Shown: piece after piece, positions 51,501 to 64,000 of the stretch | Position numbering within the stretch: position 1 is the stretch's first letter | Layout of the letters: each line of letters starts with the position of its first letter | Assembly: GCA_002633005.1 (NCBI GenBank) | Contig: NMRA01000492.1 | Location: forward strand, 209,418 to 273,417 | DNA from: Phoronis australis | Taxonomy: Eukaryota; Animalia; Phoronida | Length of the DNA stretch: 64,000 nucleotides | Direction of reading: 5' to 3' | The notes under the pieces: model-generated | What the model saw: only the letters and a program-made list of their open reading frames with translations | What the model was told of the DNA's origin: nothing | The model's database searches: none | Made by a program: the position numbers and the translations under genes

Positions 51501-54500
51501 CCCACCATTGTACCGCAAGTGGTACAATTCTAAGGGTGTTTTATCACTTTCATATAAATACAGTTAGACTAAAGTGGGGAACAGGGGGTAAGTTGAATCC
51601 ATTAGATAACAGAAATGCCAGCACAATACCAAACTGCATAACAGAATCGTGTTTGGTCAAAATTCGTACAGTTGTTTTGCCAATAATTAATGGACAAAAA
51701 AATTCTTTAGAAAACCAAAGGAGGCAACAAAGGTACCATGGTAGATGAATCTAGATAAGAATCAACTGGTACCGGCACACCCCGGCAATATAGCTACCTC
51801 TGTATCAAATTTCATCATGATCCATCACGCAGATTTCGTCGAGTCAATCAAAAAACTAACAAAGGTAACTACAGATAGATGACAGATGGACTATGCAGTG
51901 CAATGTTGACTATATGCAAGCACATGTTTTTGAGGACACACAAAAACTGAAATCTGTACATGTCACATTTCATTACAGCACATTTGTCCTTGGCTTTGCC
52001 CGATGTCTACAATTCCGTACCCCTGAACGTTTTTATCTTCACATGAAGGGCATACTCCAACTTATACCACACGCTTGTCATATAATTAATGCCCAATGAA
52101 TACTGAACCCGTGCGCTGACTATGACACTGCAAAAAATAGCATGCATTCAAAATTCTCAATTCACTCAACCATAGAAGCCACGCCCACCTTTTGCCAGTC
52201 ATGAGTGTATCCACCAATTCCGACACTAGCTTGTCTTTTTGTGCACTGTCACACTGTTCATAGACCACGCCTAGACCTTTGGAGGCCACATCTTGAGTCA
52301 TCTCTGTCGTGAACAACAATAAGTGATTGGGTAGATTTTCAAGGATATCAAAGTAAGGCAAATCCTGCGTACCTGAGATTTTTGCTCACATCATCACACA
52401 TTTCAGTTACAGCAACAACTAGTGTCTAGAGAGATGTAATGCCATCTTCTTAGCGACAAATTGGGATCATTCAAAAAGCAATGCAGTTGAGGATAGTATT
52501 AACACCGTTGGATTACCTAGAATTAGCAATCTGGAGTAATAACGCCGCATTACCTTTAGTAAAATACAACCGGAAGAATAAGCGACTAGGCGCTATAAGG
52601 TTAAAACTCGACAACAGTGATCTTCTACTGCAGCAAATCTGCCATTTACATGCTAATAAATAATTCTGGTTTGACAGAGTTCTAGAAATTAAGTCTGTCC
52701 TATTTATTTTGAAAAGTACTGCATGAACATAGAGTGAATATAAATAACTATGGGTCTACTCAGTACTATCTCAAGAAGTACTGTGATAGTAGAAAATAAA
52801 ATTTGATGATCACACATGAATAAATCTTGAATACAACTCATCTTACCGTCATTCTCAGACAGAAGAGACACAAATGCTGCCTGGACACTATCCACTTTCT
52901 TCTGTACAGCGGGGTACTGACCGCACTTCTGAATCACCGTTAACAGCCAGACGCAGGCAGCCTAGGGAAGAATACAGCCTCGACTAAGCACTAGTACATT
53001 TATTGCAACATAATAACACAACAAACTGCTCATCGCTGATCTAAAGAAATTGATGAGATAGCATTTTCTACTGAACACCCCTGTTTCTTAGTCATGAATG
53101 ACATTAGGCACAAACAGCCACATGATCCTAACATTACTACTTCTTGAACAATGTACTGTAAAACCAAGGCACCACAAGACTATCACCTAGGAACATACCA
53201 AGTCAACACTTGATACACGCCACTCACAATGTGTCATGAGCCATTCTGAGTCCTAAAACTCATACTCTAGAAAGTATTCAAGTTTATCCAGAGCCCCAAG
53301 CCAACCCAAAACAAAAAAAAATGTTTACAGTGTTCAAAGAAGATGTAAGATTAAGGTAAGGCCAACCCAAGATTATAGAGTTAACGACAGCACAATAACT
53401 CACAAAAATGGTATTTTTTCTTGCCATCCCTCAAGTACAACAAAAGACTTTTAACAGTTTGTTTATCTTACAGATTTCCAGTCAGTTGACTCTATCGCCA
53501 GGATTTTGACTGACCACTTAACTGACCAATCATAACGCAAGTTTCTTGACACACCTCCGTCTGCATTTCCAAGCCGCCATTTTACCCAACAAACAACACG
53601 TACTTGGTGACTTTTCACAAGGGGGCAGAGCTTGCGATTGGTCAATTGCTAGTAGCATCTTACCTGTCTGATGTGTGGATTAGCACTGGTGATGTATTTG
53701 GTGAGCAACATGTCCAACAGCCATTCTACGTCATCAACAGAGTTAGAAATGACCGGCTGGAAATGGAAGTTATGCTGATAATGAGAATGGTAATTCATGA
53801 TCACAGTTATACATACGTCATTACAATTTTCAACAAGAAGTAAAATTTGAAAAATTTCAGCAAAACTGGGCATAATTAACCCTTTCAGTCCATAATAGTG
53901 ATGCAAAACAAATGAAATTTCGTGTAAAATAAGAATAAACAATTTCTCAAGTTACAAAAATCTAGAACTCGATTCTGCAGCAAAACAATAACGGTCTAAA
54001 AGCAAATCAAAACCTCAACATGATTCCAACACAATTGCATGTACTGGTGTAGAAATTACCTTGTAATCCTTCTCCTCTACAGTCCAAAGGTCGCGACCCA
54101 TTGATGACCTAACCCCTTCAGCAGCGTAAACTAATGCCTCGCCCACAGTGAAATGCAATTCAAGTTGTTTGGCCTACAGAAGACATTTTGCCAGTAAATA
54201 CAACCATGAACCCAGGAACAAGCACTGGTGAATGGCCTACTAGGAAATCAAAACTAACTAAGTTTCTTCGACAAAAGTCAGCTCTGTGGTAGCTTTAAAC
54301 GCAAAATAATGGATACAGCATTTACAGCCAATTTCATAAAGGTGGTTTAACAAAACCAGGTTTTAGACTTAAACCTGGTCTTCCTAAACCTGGTCTAATT
54401 TTAGACCTGACTTGCATTTCACCAACATGGTTTAAGAGTCTGAAAGCCTGGTTTTGCTAGACCAGGGAGCTGGTTCAGTAAAACCAGGTGTAAAGTATCA

Positions 54501-57500
54501 AAGGCACCCCACTGTGTCGAGCTGAGTAAACCCAACAAAGAAACTATTGAAGTGCTTCAATGAAACCCTGATCATGTGGGTATACAATGGCATACACTAG
54601 TAGAATCAGTGCAGACATTTACGAAAAACATCTAAAAACTTTTCTCATGAGGAAAACTAATTTCTGTAACCAACTCACACACATTAAAGAACATGTTCCC
54701 GATTAAATGTAACATGTTACATGCCCAAATTTATCTCCTTGTCATTTTAGTGTTTATTTTCCGCGGCCAAACCGGGGGGCAAGACCCCTTCCTGGCAACA
54801 TTATATCTGAGAACAGTGAAGGTGGAACTCACCTAGATTATTGCCTCCTGGTGTGGGGTGTTGCATCAGGCAAGGATATGAAAACCATCCAGTTTATCCA
54901 AAATAGGGCTGCCCGGATTATTCTGGGAGATGGTGTTAGAGATATTAGTATCGAAAACCTTCATAAAGAGACTGGTATTATGAAAATTCACACAAGACAT
55001 CAATTCCTATCTGCTTGTTGTATGTACAAATGTTTTAAAGGCCTTGTCCCATCTTACTTATGTGCTAAGTTTAAGATGACTACTAATCGCTACAATACTA
55101 GGTCCTCATCATCATCTGATTTCAATCTTCCTAAACGCAGAAGCGAGACTGGGAAAAATCATTTTCCTACAGCAGACCCTTTTTATGGAACTCTCTCCCT
55201 GCAGATGCCAAATCTACATCATCCTTTCTAACCTTTAAAAGAATTATAAGAAATAGATTTAATTCCATGTAGTGTCTAAATTGCATGTTTATTCATTTGT
55301 TATTTATATAATGTCTTACTTTTATTAATTATTTATTGTCTGTTTTAATTTTTTATATTTATATTTATACTTTTTTTATTTTTTAGTTAATTATCTTGTC
55401 TTAATTTTTTTTTCTTTTATTTATCATATTTTATTTTTATTTTACTTCATCAGTCTTTCCATGTTAATTTCTTATTCTTTGCTTATTACTTAAATTTGTC
55501 TTTCATTGTGTAATTCTGTTTTTGTCTTACTGTCTGTTTGTTTTTTACTAAGGGCCCCCATGGAAAGCAGTTTGAACTGATGGGGCTACCCTCATTGTAA
55601 ATATTGCATTAATAAATAAGTCAGAAGAATGAGAAGATGCTGTCTTTAGTCATATCCGTAGCGCTTACGACGATGACGCCCTGCTCGACCAGTCGTATTC
55701 TGAGGAATCTGCAGGACACACTCCAGCAAGTACTGGTCTACGCATAAAGGGATCCACGGGGGTCAAGGGGTCCGAAGTCCCCTTTTTTCCCTTGATTTTA
55801 GTGATATCAAATCTATAATTTTCAAATTGTTGACTTGCCCCCCCCTTTCAAAAAGTCCTTGACAGTCCCCCCATCTTAGATCTGCCCCTGCTACGTTTGA
55901 TCTTGTGTCATGGTAAAACTGAATATTGAAAATACCGGTAGTCCATTTTCGCTCTAAAACCGTTGCAAATGTTCTCCGCGGCATCATTCAGTTGTACCTA
56001 TACCATGCATGCAAGTCTGAAATATTTAATAGTTAAACCTGGGTCAGACCAAGTCTAAATTTAAATATGGTTTAAGATCTTAATACAGGTCTAAAGAATA
56101 TAGACCTCGTTGGTGAAATGAAAACTGACTTAGACCAGGTCTAAACTGGAGTTAAACCAGGTTTTACTAGACCACTGGTCTAAAAGTTAAACCATCTTTA
56201 TGTAAATGCAGTTTATCTTTAAACCTGGTCTAAGTCCAGTTTAAACCAGGTTTAACTTTAAACCACCTTTATGAAATTGGCTGTAAGAGTCTGGGGAGCA
56301 CTATCATACCAAAGTAAGCTGCAATCAGATTTGTATTCGTAATTCAACATTTCAAAGTGATCAGCATAATTGTTTCTCTTATTTTCCGTAATTTTTCCGA
56401 GACAAATATTTATTCAAATTTAGCCCAATGATCTCAACTGCTTGCTGGTCATTTTCACTTTGTGAAATGTTGTTGAAATACAAATAAAATTCAGATTGTA
56501 GCTTAGAAGTGGCCTAGTTTCCGACATGTTCACAACATTCAAATGCTATCAGCAGCTGGATGCGAGACAGGCATCCTGCATGAAGAAATGTCTTCATTCC
56601 AGTAAACATGTGAAGTCCCTCATCGCATGAGCGCCTCGACGCTGACATACTCCATTCTGCTCTCAATTTATGCAGACGTTAACAGGAGAAGTTACTGATC
56701 ACGAGCTCCATCTAGTGAATACCAAGTCAGCCCTGAACACAACATTTAGAGCACAAAACGATAATTAGTTTCCATAAACAGTAAGGAACGATATTCTCCT
56801 TAAGTTTAGTAATTCAATTCGAAGACAGAGACGCTCTACTGAAGAACAACCTTTCAGTTACCTGGGCGGAGTCAAGCAGATCAGTGATAATATTCCTCCT
56901 ACAGCAAAAGTTGGCGTCACCTACGCAGATCAAGCCTAATGTGAGGGCTGCCTTCTCTCGCACCTAGCAAAAAACAGTTTGTTTCATACAAATGCCAAAA
57001 TTACAGCAATACGTTTTAGGAGTAACATTTCAAACCAAAATAGCCCATCTCAACACTTTCTATTTAACAGATAGATTTCTGCTAAATTTAATACATGCCA
57101 ATGTCTATCATTTTTAAGTCAAGTTTCACTCTCACAATATTTTCAAAATTTATTCCTAATTTTGCCTTATTCTGAAGACATACTACATTTATGACAACAG
57201 TTAATGAGACCCTTACTTTGTTAGCCTCCTTGCTACTCTTTACTTTGGCCACAAGATTTTTGACCACACCTAGTTTGCTGTCAATCACTGCAGTCTCCGC
57301 CTCACCATCAGGCAGGAGGAGGGGTCCAGTGCGTCCCACTTCACTCAGGGCTGTACAGGCAGCCAGGACCAGTGTGACAGACTGGGAAGACTCCAGAAAC
57401 ATGGCTAGCGGAAAAACAATTATCAGAGTTTAGAAAAGGAGTATAAACCACCCAGAGAAATGTTTTGCGTTGTTGGGCAATGTTACTCTGTTATAACCAC

Positions 57501-60500
57501 TCTGATTCATGAGCATTGAGGACCTGCGTATAGACTGATTACAGTATGAATTTTTGTCCCAGCAATAAAGCAATGGTGCAAAGTAATGCCATTTTTGTAC
57601 TTATTTGATGCCTGTGGGAAAAATAGTTCCTATCAACTTATGTCAATACTCCTCAAAGCTTAGATTACACAGCAATCAGTCCCCAACAAACCTTCAACCA
57701 ATCACCAGACACTGCCCATCAACCTAATACCCACCAATACCCTCACAGCTTCAGTCATACAATCATCAGTCTCCCACAAACCTTCAACTAATCACAAGCC
57801 ACCTAATACCTACCAATACCCTCACAGCCTCAGTCATACAGTCATCTGTCTCCCATATACCTTCAATCAATCACCAGCCACCTCCTATCAACCTAATACC
57901 CACCAATACCGTCACAGCCTCAGTCATACAGCCATCTGTCGCCCATATACCTTCAACCAATCACAAGCCACTCCCCATCAACCTAATACCCACCAATACA
58001 CCTCACAGCCTCAGTCATACAGCCCTTCAGTTCACCCAAGGGTTCTCCCGCTGACTGGCCAGTGACCTCCACTTCCATGTCCTCGACAGACAGGTCACCA
58101 CACGAGGGCGCTCGTGCAGCCAGGTACCTTCGACCAATGATGTGTGCCAGTGCCAAGACAGAGCCGTGTTGCTTCTCAAGGCTCTATGGTAGAGTAAAGT
58201 AAACCAATGAAGAAATGAGTGACTAGAACTATGAAAATACCATTTCCCCGTCATGACACTTATTAACAGCAAAATTGATTATTAGGCCAGCAAAATAACA
58301 ATCACAGAATGGCTTATTCACGCTATGAACTTTCCTGATAATTCCCCTTCTTTTTCAGTCATGAAGAAGTCGGCTTCCACCCGGCCATCATGACAGGGCA
58401 TACCATGTCATTTTGACTGAATAATTTTGGCTTGACAGTTTATAATATCATTCATTGTGTGGCCTCTTTATGCCACCAACCAGTGTTATCATATTTCAGT
58501 CTGAAAGCGAAAATGCTTTTTGTGCCTTTCTATAATGAAACGTTTGGGCCACTAAAATGAATAGCTGATGTTTGCAATCGTTTTCAACTAAACAATGAGT
58601 ACGCAATTCAGACAAATTTCATTCAAGTTTGGTTTCATGCTCAAGCCAATACAGCAACGGCTACTAAGACTACACGGTAAATGAAGCTTGCATTAAAATA
58701 TCGTATCCATCTGCCCAAGTATTAATAAGACAGTACACCTACGAACCTCTAACTGGGGAAACAGCAAAGATGGGAGAGTTGCATACACATGGGCTTGTAC
58801 TTGACATTCATATTAAGCTCATGAGCTTCTACAGACACGGGAGACAAGAGATACACTATTAACATAGAAAAGCATGCTTTGTTGAAGCAGCTTTGTGTTG
58901 GATTTATGGCCGCGTTCGAGTTACACCCATGGTGGGGTGATACCTGGGTGTGGGCTTGTGCCTGAGGATGGGATTATGGTTGGGGGTGGGGTTACACCGA
59001 GAGTGGGTTATACCTTGGGGTGGGGTTATATCCTGTGGTGGAGCTATACTCAGGTGGATATGGTATTAAAAAGTTGGACTAAATATTGTAACAAACAATC
59101 AATACTCTGCTTACCTCCTTGCTGAGGTTGCCAGTCAGACTGCTGACTATTTCCTGTATCTGTGGATCCTTCAGACATGACTGTACGACAACAGCGTACA
59201 ACTGAGCAGCGTAATCCCGCATGTCTTCACGTGTCGAGAAGACGAACGTCTGCAGCCAGCTGAGCTTCTTAAACTGGACAGCTAAGACATCGGGAATGAC
59301 GGCCACTGCTTCCAAGAGGCAATACATGGCTGGAGCACCTAAAAGTTAGAGTAGATTACTGTACAGATAGGATGGACTATATTTGACCGAGCACAATCCA
59401 AGGTGGCACATGAAACCGGGATGAGGAAGCTGTACATAGCTTAAGATATATAAAGTTTTTGGCAAGATTGGCCATCAAACTGCACACAGCAGTGTCCTCA
59501 GCAGGCATGGTTACCATGGAGCTTTACAGTCTATCCGCTAAGTTTGGCTGTCACATGACATCAAGAGCAGTGTCAGTTGTACAATAAAAACTCGACAAGC
59601 CACTGTGATGTCATTGTTGTCATACAATGTTTTTCTTTTGTGCATCTAATCCCAAGCAAAAACGTTTGGCAGTTAAATTTAATTTTTCATAGACTTCAAC
59701 GCTAATGGGCGAAAAAATTATGACCAATGAGCATCCAAACATTGTACAATACATTTCCAACCTACCGCCAATAGCTGAGAGCAACTGCACGATCAGATTT
59801 ACATACAACTGTACTGGACCCTTGTCACCAAGATCATACGTCAACAGCTTTCTCAAGTATCGACCAATGACGGGAGACTGATTCTGCATGCCCGATGTAG
59901 ATTCCAGGTCAGGGGTCACACCACCGGAGTGTGATAGGCATGTCCGTAGGTACATTAAAATCTGAAAAATTCAGTTTTTTGTTTGAAAAACTAAACTCTC
60001 ACAATAAGTGTTTGATGCCTCTTGAAATTGTTCAACGGATCTTGAATGAAGAGACAAGTGACCAATAATTAAATGAAGGCAACGAAGTGTTTTGAATGTT
60101 GCACCCAATCCTCATTTTGAGAGTCTTGCTAGGTATACTGCTGCGTGTTAAGACCCAGCAACAATACCTGTCATTTTTTAATTGTAGCTTGAAAACGGTA
60201 AGTGTTCCTGCTGAAATATGATGCCATGGGTGGATTTTTTGATTCAAGCAACCTAAATGAAGATATTTCGATTTTAAACAATAACATAATAGGTAAAAGA
60301 ACTAAATAAAAGCAAACATGACTTTCGATTAACAGAAGAATTGTTCGTCAGCTTGGTATTGATTATGTTAAGCAGTTTCCAAAAAGCTGATGAAATCTCA
60401 ATCAAAGTTATGTCGGAAATGGGAGAAAATTTATTCGTGTCCACATAACGAGTTACCCAAGAACAAGTTGCCTTAGAGCAACTTGCCCTACACCAGCTTG

Positions 60501-63500
60501 CTGCCTGTTCATCTAAGACTGCAAGAGTCCACAATACACACCTTGCAATAATAAACAGGTTTAGACACTCATATGTACGTAGCTGAACAAGGGAACAGCT
60601 GGTAATTACTTCCCCTTGTCCGCAGGTTTGCATTGAGACAAGTTATCCTAGCACAAGTCACCCTACCTTGATAAGGTGGGGTAGGTTGTCATGCGTGTGT
60701 CAAGGCTGAATTTTGAGAACCTCGGGTTTTAGCGACTGGTTTCGACACAAAAATTTACACGGTGTATGATTTTAATGACCTAAATGTTCTCTATGAAATA
60801 AGAATAAATAGGGGTCATCAACTCAGCTTTCAAGCTATTTTACCTCAAACTCCTCTTACCGCCATTGTCTTTAAAAAGCGCATCAATTTCCAGATCACAA
60901 TTGTCCTGTTGCATTTCACTAGATGGCAATTATGTTTTAACTTGCTGTTGCTGAGATTGCGTAAATAGCTATTACGTGAAAAATAAATTTCAGCCCAATT
61001 AATTAAGTCAAATTTACCATGAATTATGTCACACTTTGTCGACACTCGCGTTGGTCAATTCCTATTTTTTGTATGATGTCACTGTGAATTTTGATGTGGT
61101 GCACTATTATTCAAATCAAATAGTCCATTACTTGAAATAAATATGCTTTGTAAATCAGTCAAAAAAACAACGACTGCTTTAAGTGTTTTTGGCAAAGTTA
61201 AAATGAATACTCGGGGAATCCTCAGCAAAATTTTACTTTGAAAATGGGCAGCAATAAAAATAAAAGACCAGGCCAGTCTCCACTCACCTCTGCAAATGTA
61301 GCAGGGTTGAAAGGTAACACATTGGTACCCATGACGTACTTGGAACTAGAACGCACTCTTTGGGCAGCCTTTTCGTGGATGTATGTAACTAGTTCTGGGA
61401 AGGCAGGCGTGGTCCAGGCCTCCACTGATTCTTCGTCAGAGGGCGCTCTCAGGGCTTTTGATGCCTCCACATAAACTTCCTCCCTTCTACAAGGACGAGG
61501 TCAGAGGTCAGGAATGAGTGATCAAACAATGAAAAATGCACAAATCAGAGCACTACAATCATCAAACGAAATTATTTTAAGAATCAGAATTTTGGTTACA
61601 CCTACTTAATACAGGGGCCCCACACTTTGAGAACTATTTTCTCCACTAAATAGCAGGCATCAAACTGGTTCTCAATATCCAGAACCCCTCTCAGTGTTTA
61701 TGAAAGAGATTTTTTCTCCAGGAAAAAGTTATACAGGCAAGTCAAAACCTAACATTCAGCCAGCAGAAACGTCATAAAGCAGTAAACAATTAACACTGAG
61801 TTCCAGACCCATTTGTGACCCTTCCTGAGAACAATGATCAGAGTTCCACCAGTTCCCGTCATGCCTCATCAGGCAACACCTACTTGTCCCCACAGGCCAG
61901 AAGAAGGACGTAGCGCGATGAGATGTGATCTGCTGGAAAAACCACTCTGGCGTACTGGACAGCCATGGCACGGCAGTGAACTTCAGGCTGCAACACAGGC
62001 AAACAGTCAATCAACTAATTTTGACATCATCTAAGTTTGCCATTTCCTATCAGCGAGCAAAATTTCTTATAAGTCAAAATAGCTTTTCATCGTCACATAC
62101 AGTACAGTATATGAACAATTTGTCGATATCTGGATGACAGCCCAAGAAAGTGATGTGCAATCTGCCTCGTCGGGAGGCAGATCGTCGTCCAGATGCACCC
62201 CCCGCACCCCCCAAGTGCCACCTTGATGTCACCCCTTCATCAGTAACAGTAACTGCAGTAACTGACAGAGTACACCAAATTCATCGCTGGCATTTCCAGC
62301 ATTTCCCTTCAAGCACGAAATCCCAAAAAATCCAAGACATGGTCATTGTCTTGACGATATGTGAATGATCTTAAATAAGAGAAAACACTAGATGTACCTT
62401 CTCTACATTCTGCATAATCAGCGCCTCTAACAGAGTCCTGTGGGATACACTCAGCTCTTTAAATGCAGCAGACATGGTCGACAAGGCTTCCTGCACAGCA
62501 AGACGTGTCTCTGACTCTTCCTACAACACACCCGTTAAAGTAATCACGTTAAATTTGCACTTGGTCTCTGTGTACAGTCCGTAGTTTAAAAAATTCCAAA
62601 TATTTTCGACAAAAATTCAGTAAGACAGAAAATTTCAGCTCACTGAGCTATCTACTAAATGTAAATAACGATAAATGAGTGAATTTTGTCAAATTTGAGA
62701 AAACTATTGCGTTGCCAGTAATAAACACTTTAACGTAGCCATTTGTAAGTTAGCAATTACATTTTAGTCCTTCCAAAACATAAATCGATTTAAAGTGAGA
62801 AACACGCTGAATACAAGATATAGAGCATGAAGATCACTAGCAATGGAGAATTTTCACCAGTGTTTTGTTTCATGAGAACAGAAATTATGTCTTGCGCTCC
62901 TCGCAACTATTACTGAAAAATAATTAAATCGGACTTGTGCAAAAGTCCAAAATCTCTGAGAATACGCACACGACTTCTAGTTAGTACTGGAATTATTTCT
63001 GTTAATTATTTCTAGACTGTGATGTGTCGTACTTACTTGGCTGAAACATTTTCCAGCCATCGTCGAGAACCCCCGTTAATCCTACATTCACTTCCCGCTA
63101 GTTTTAAATGCAATCCATGAATCCTCTCACCTGTGTCAGGGCTTCAAAGAAAGTCTGCACCAGAGCAAAATTCTTAGACAGAACATCTGGAAGGCGCTTG
63201 ACGATTTTACCAACAGCGACATAGGCCAGGCCCCTTAGTCGGCCATCCTGCAAGACAACGTGAATATTGACTCCACAGCTGACAACACATTGAAACGGTT
63301 GTTCAGTGGAGCAAACTAAATGTCATACCGTATAATTGTTACTTGAGTGAACACAGCCAAATTCTGAATTTTTGCACTTCATGAAATCCCAGGAAAAATT
63401 CCAGAAAAAATTAGCAACAAATACCCAACATGTGAAGGGGCCTTCACTAATCTTTATTAGATTAAACAAACCTTGCAAGTAAAACTCTAACAATCTGTGG

Positions 63501-63975
63501 CTACTTACATCTTTGGCATCAGCAATCAATTTGATCATCCCCGAGAGAAGAATTGAACCAATGGATCTGAAGTGGGACACATCAGCCACACTGGAAGACA
63601 CAACAGATTGACAGGTGAGGCCCCGCCTATTGTCTGTATTTAGGCACAGGCTATTCCATTGAGTTTTCTTACAACTGCGAGGAAATAAATTGCTGAAACA
63701 AGGTTTACTACACTGCAGCGAACACTAAAAAAAGTTTCCAAACATTATTCATTGAACAGTAATTACAAAGAAAATATTCTTAAAAATTTTCAGGAATGCA
63801 ACAAAATAAAATGCCATTTTTCCACCTGATACTGATCCTAAACTAACGAATCTTGACCACAATAAATATTGTTAGTTGTGAAAACTTACTTATAGCACAC
63901 ATGGTGCACCATTTGCACAGCCAATGTCTTCAACTTTGGGTTTGTGGAAGACCCAAACAAGCAGTCGAATATCAC
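33507..63975 (-). CDS. ECPAS: Proteasome adapter and scaffold protein ECM29 (ECPAS); 5'-partial, last 32 coding exons (~1481 aa in window)
   Basis: Exons in transcript order: 63890-63975, 63509-63590, 63131-63247, 62398-62520, 61884-61987, 61288-61486, 59766-59961, 59115-59338, 57994-58183, 57217-57404, 56862-56963, 54060-54173, 53664-53756, 52847-52961, 52189-52303, 51241-51309, 50397-50514, 47406-47656, 46695-46800, 45673-45720, 44306-44427, 43581-43713, 42725-42971, 41883-42041, 41289-41459, 40757-40968, 39993-40036, 38863-39052, 38275-38386, 35474-35579, 34367-34536, 33507-33646 (TGA). All phases join. Recognised ECM29 motifs: [103 protein letters not shown]. Confidence 0.95.
33810..34079. 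other. Assembly gap (N run) in the last ECM29 intron
   Basis: N run next to a purine-rich simple repeat; a second gap lies at 47673-47949. Confidence 0.95.
35750..36334. mobile_element. Non-autonomous piggyBac-like MITE in an ECM29 intron
   Basis: TTAA|cccttatcctgc ... gcaggataaggg|TTAA: 12-bp perfect TIR with CCC/GGG termini. Confidence 0.75.
36520..37667. mobile_element. Non-autonomous Helentron/HINE-like element with internal ~150-bp tandem repeats
   Basis: Begins acaagagc. Subterminal inverted repeat atgcgcccac (36544-36553) / gtgggcgcat (37656-37665), terminal hairpin, gacgccggac simple repeat and internal tandem units. Confidence 0.65.
46293..46643. mobile_element. Small TIR element in an ECM29 intron
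   Basis: Imperfect inverted ends gccctctgactcactccattcgag / ctcgaatgcgtgaacagggc. Confidence 0.4.
47950..50386. mobile_element. Cluster of Helentron/HINE-like elements (47950-48583, truncated by the gap; 48765-50386), same family as 36520-37667
   Basis: Same acaagagcaacg start (48765), same ~150-bp units, (ggac/gacgcc)n microsatellite, and ccacata.aaatatgtg.gc.cat hairpin ends at ~48580 and ~50385. Confidence 0.7.
54325..56283. mobile_element. TIR element with TA flanks and internal aaaccagg/cctggt repeats, hosting a nested LINE fragment
   Basis: ta|cagccaatttcataaaggtggtttaa ... ttaaaccaccttttatgaaattggctg|ta. Confidence 0.75.
54828..55619 (+). mobile_element. 5'-truncated L2/Crack/CR1-group LINE 3' end
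   Basis: [10 protein letters not shown]...IQNRAARII...[12 protein letters not shown]...YNTRS...F.LP (RT C-terminus), T-rich 3' UTR, terminal gggccccc..ggggctaccc stem and an aataaataa tail. Confidence 0.8.
57688..58024. repeat. Minisatellite (~80-90 bp, ~4 copies) overlapping an ECM29 exon end and splice donor
   Basis: acctaatacc(c/t)accaatac..tcacagc(c/t)tcagtcatac recurs at ~57722, 57801, 57891 and 57981. Confidence 0.85.
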
Positions 63976-64000
63976 CTGCAATGAATAAAGAACAACACTG

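Noticed and set aside
58930-59065. G-rich short repeats (ggggttatac) and other simple repeats (47270-47400, 51178-51238, 33730-33809)
   Set aside because: Ordinary intronic low-complexity sequence with no further support.

Overview
Eukaryotic, AT-rich, intron- and repeat-rich DNA, most likely from a bilaterian invertebrate (inferred; species not determinable). The left half (about 1-33 kb) holds two intact, tandem, 5-exon paralogs of a secreted short-chain collagen C4-like gene on the + strand (2827-9058 and 24797-30545, 352 aa each). Between them lie two adjacent decayed hAT-like elements. The second contains nested insertions: a non-autonomous Kolobok-like element, and an AT-TSD TIR element that itself holds MITEs and an inverted second Kolobok copy. 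The right half (33507-63975, - strand) holds the last 32 coding exons of ECM29/ECPAS, reconstructed by hand with consistent splice phases and one GC-AG intron. Its introns carry Helentron-like repeats with ~150-bp-spaced CTCF-consensus motifs, LINE fragments, MITEs and a minisatellite made of a duplicated exon end plus splice donor. Most entries in the ORF track are exon fragments, antisense shadows or noise. All calls were made by eye; no database searches were run.
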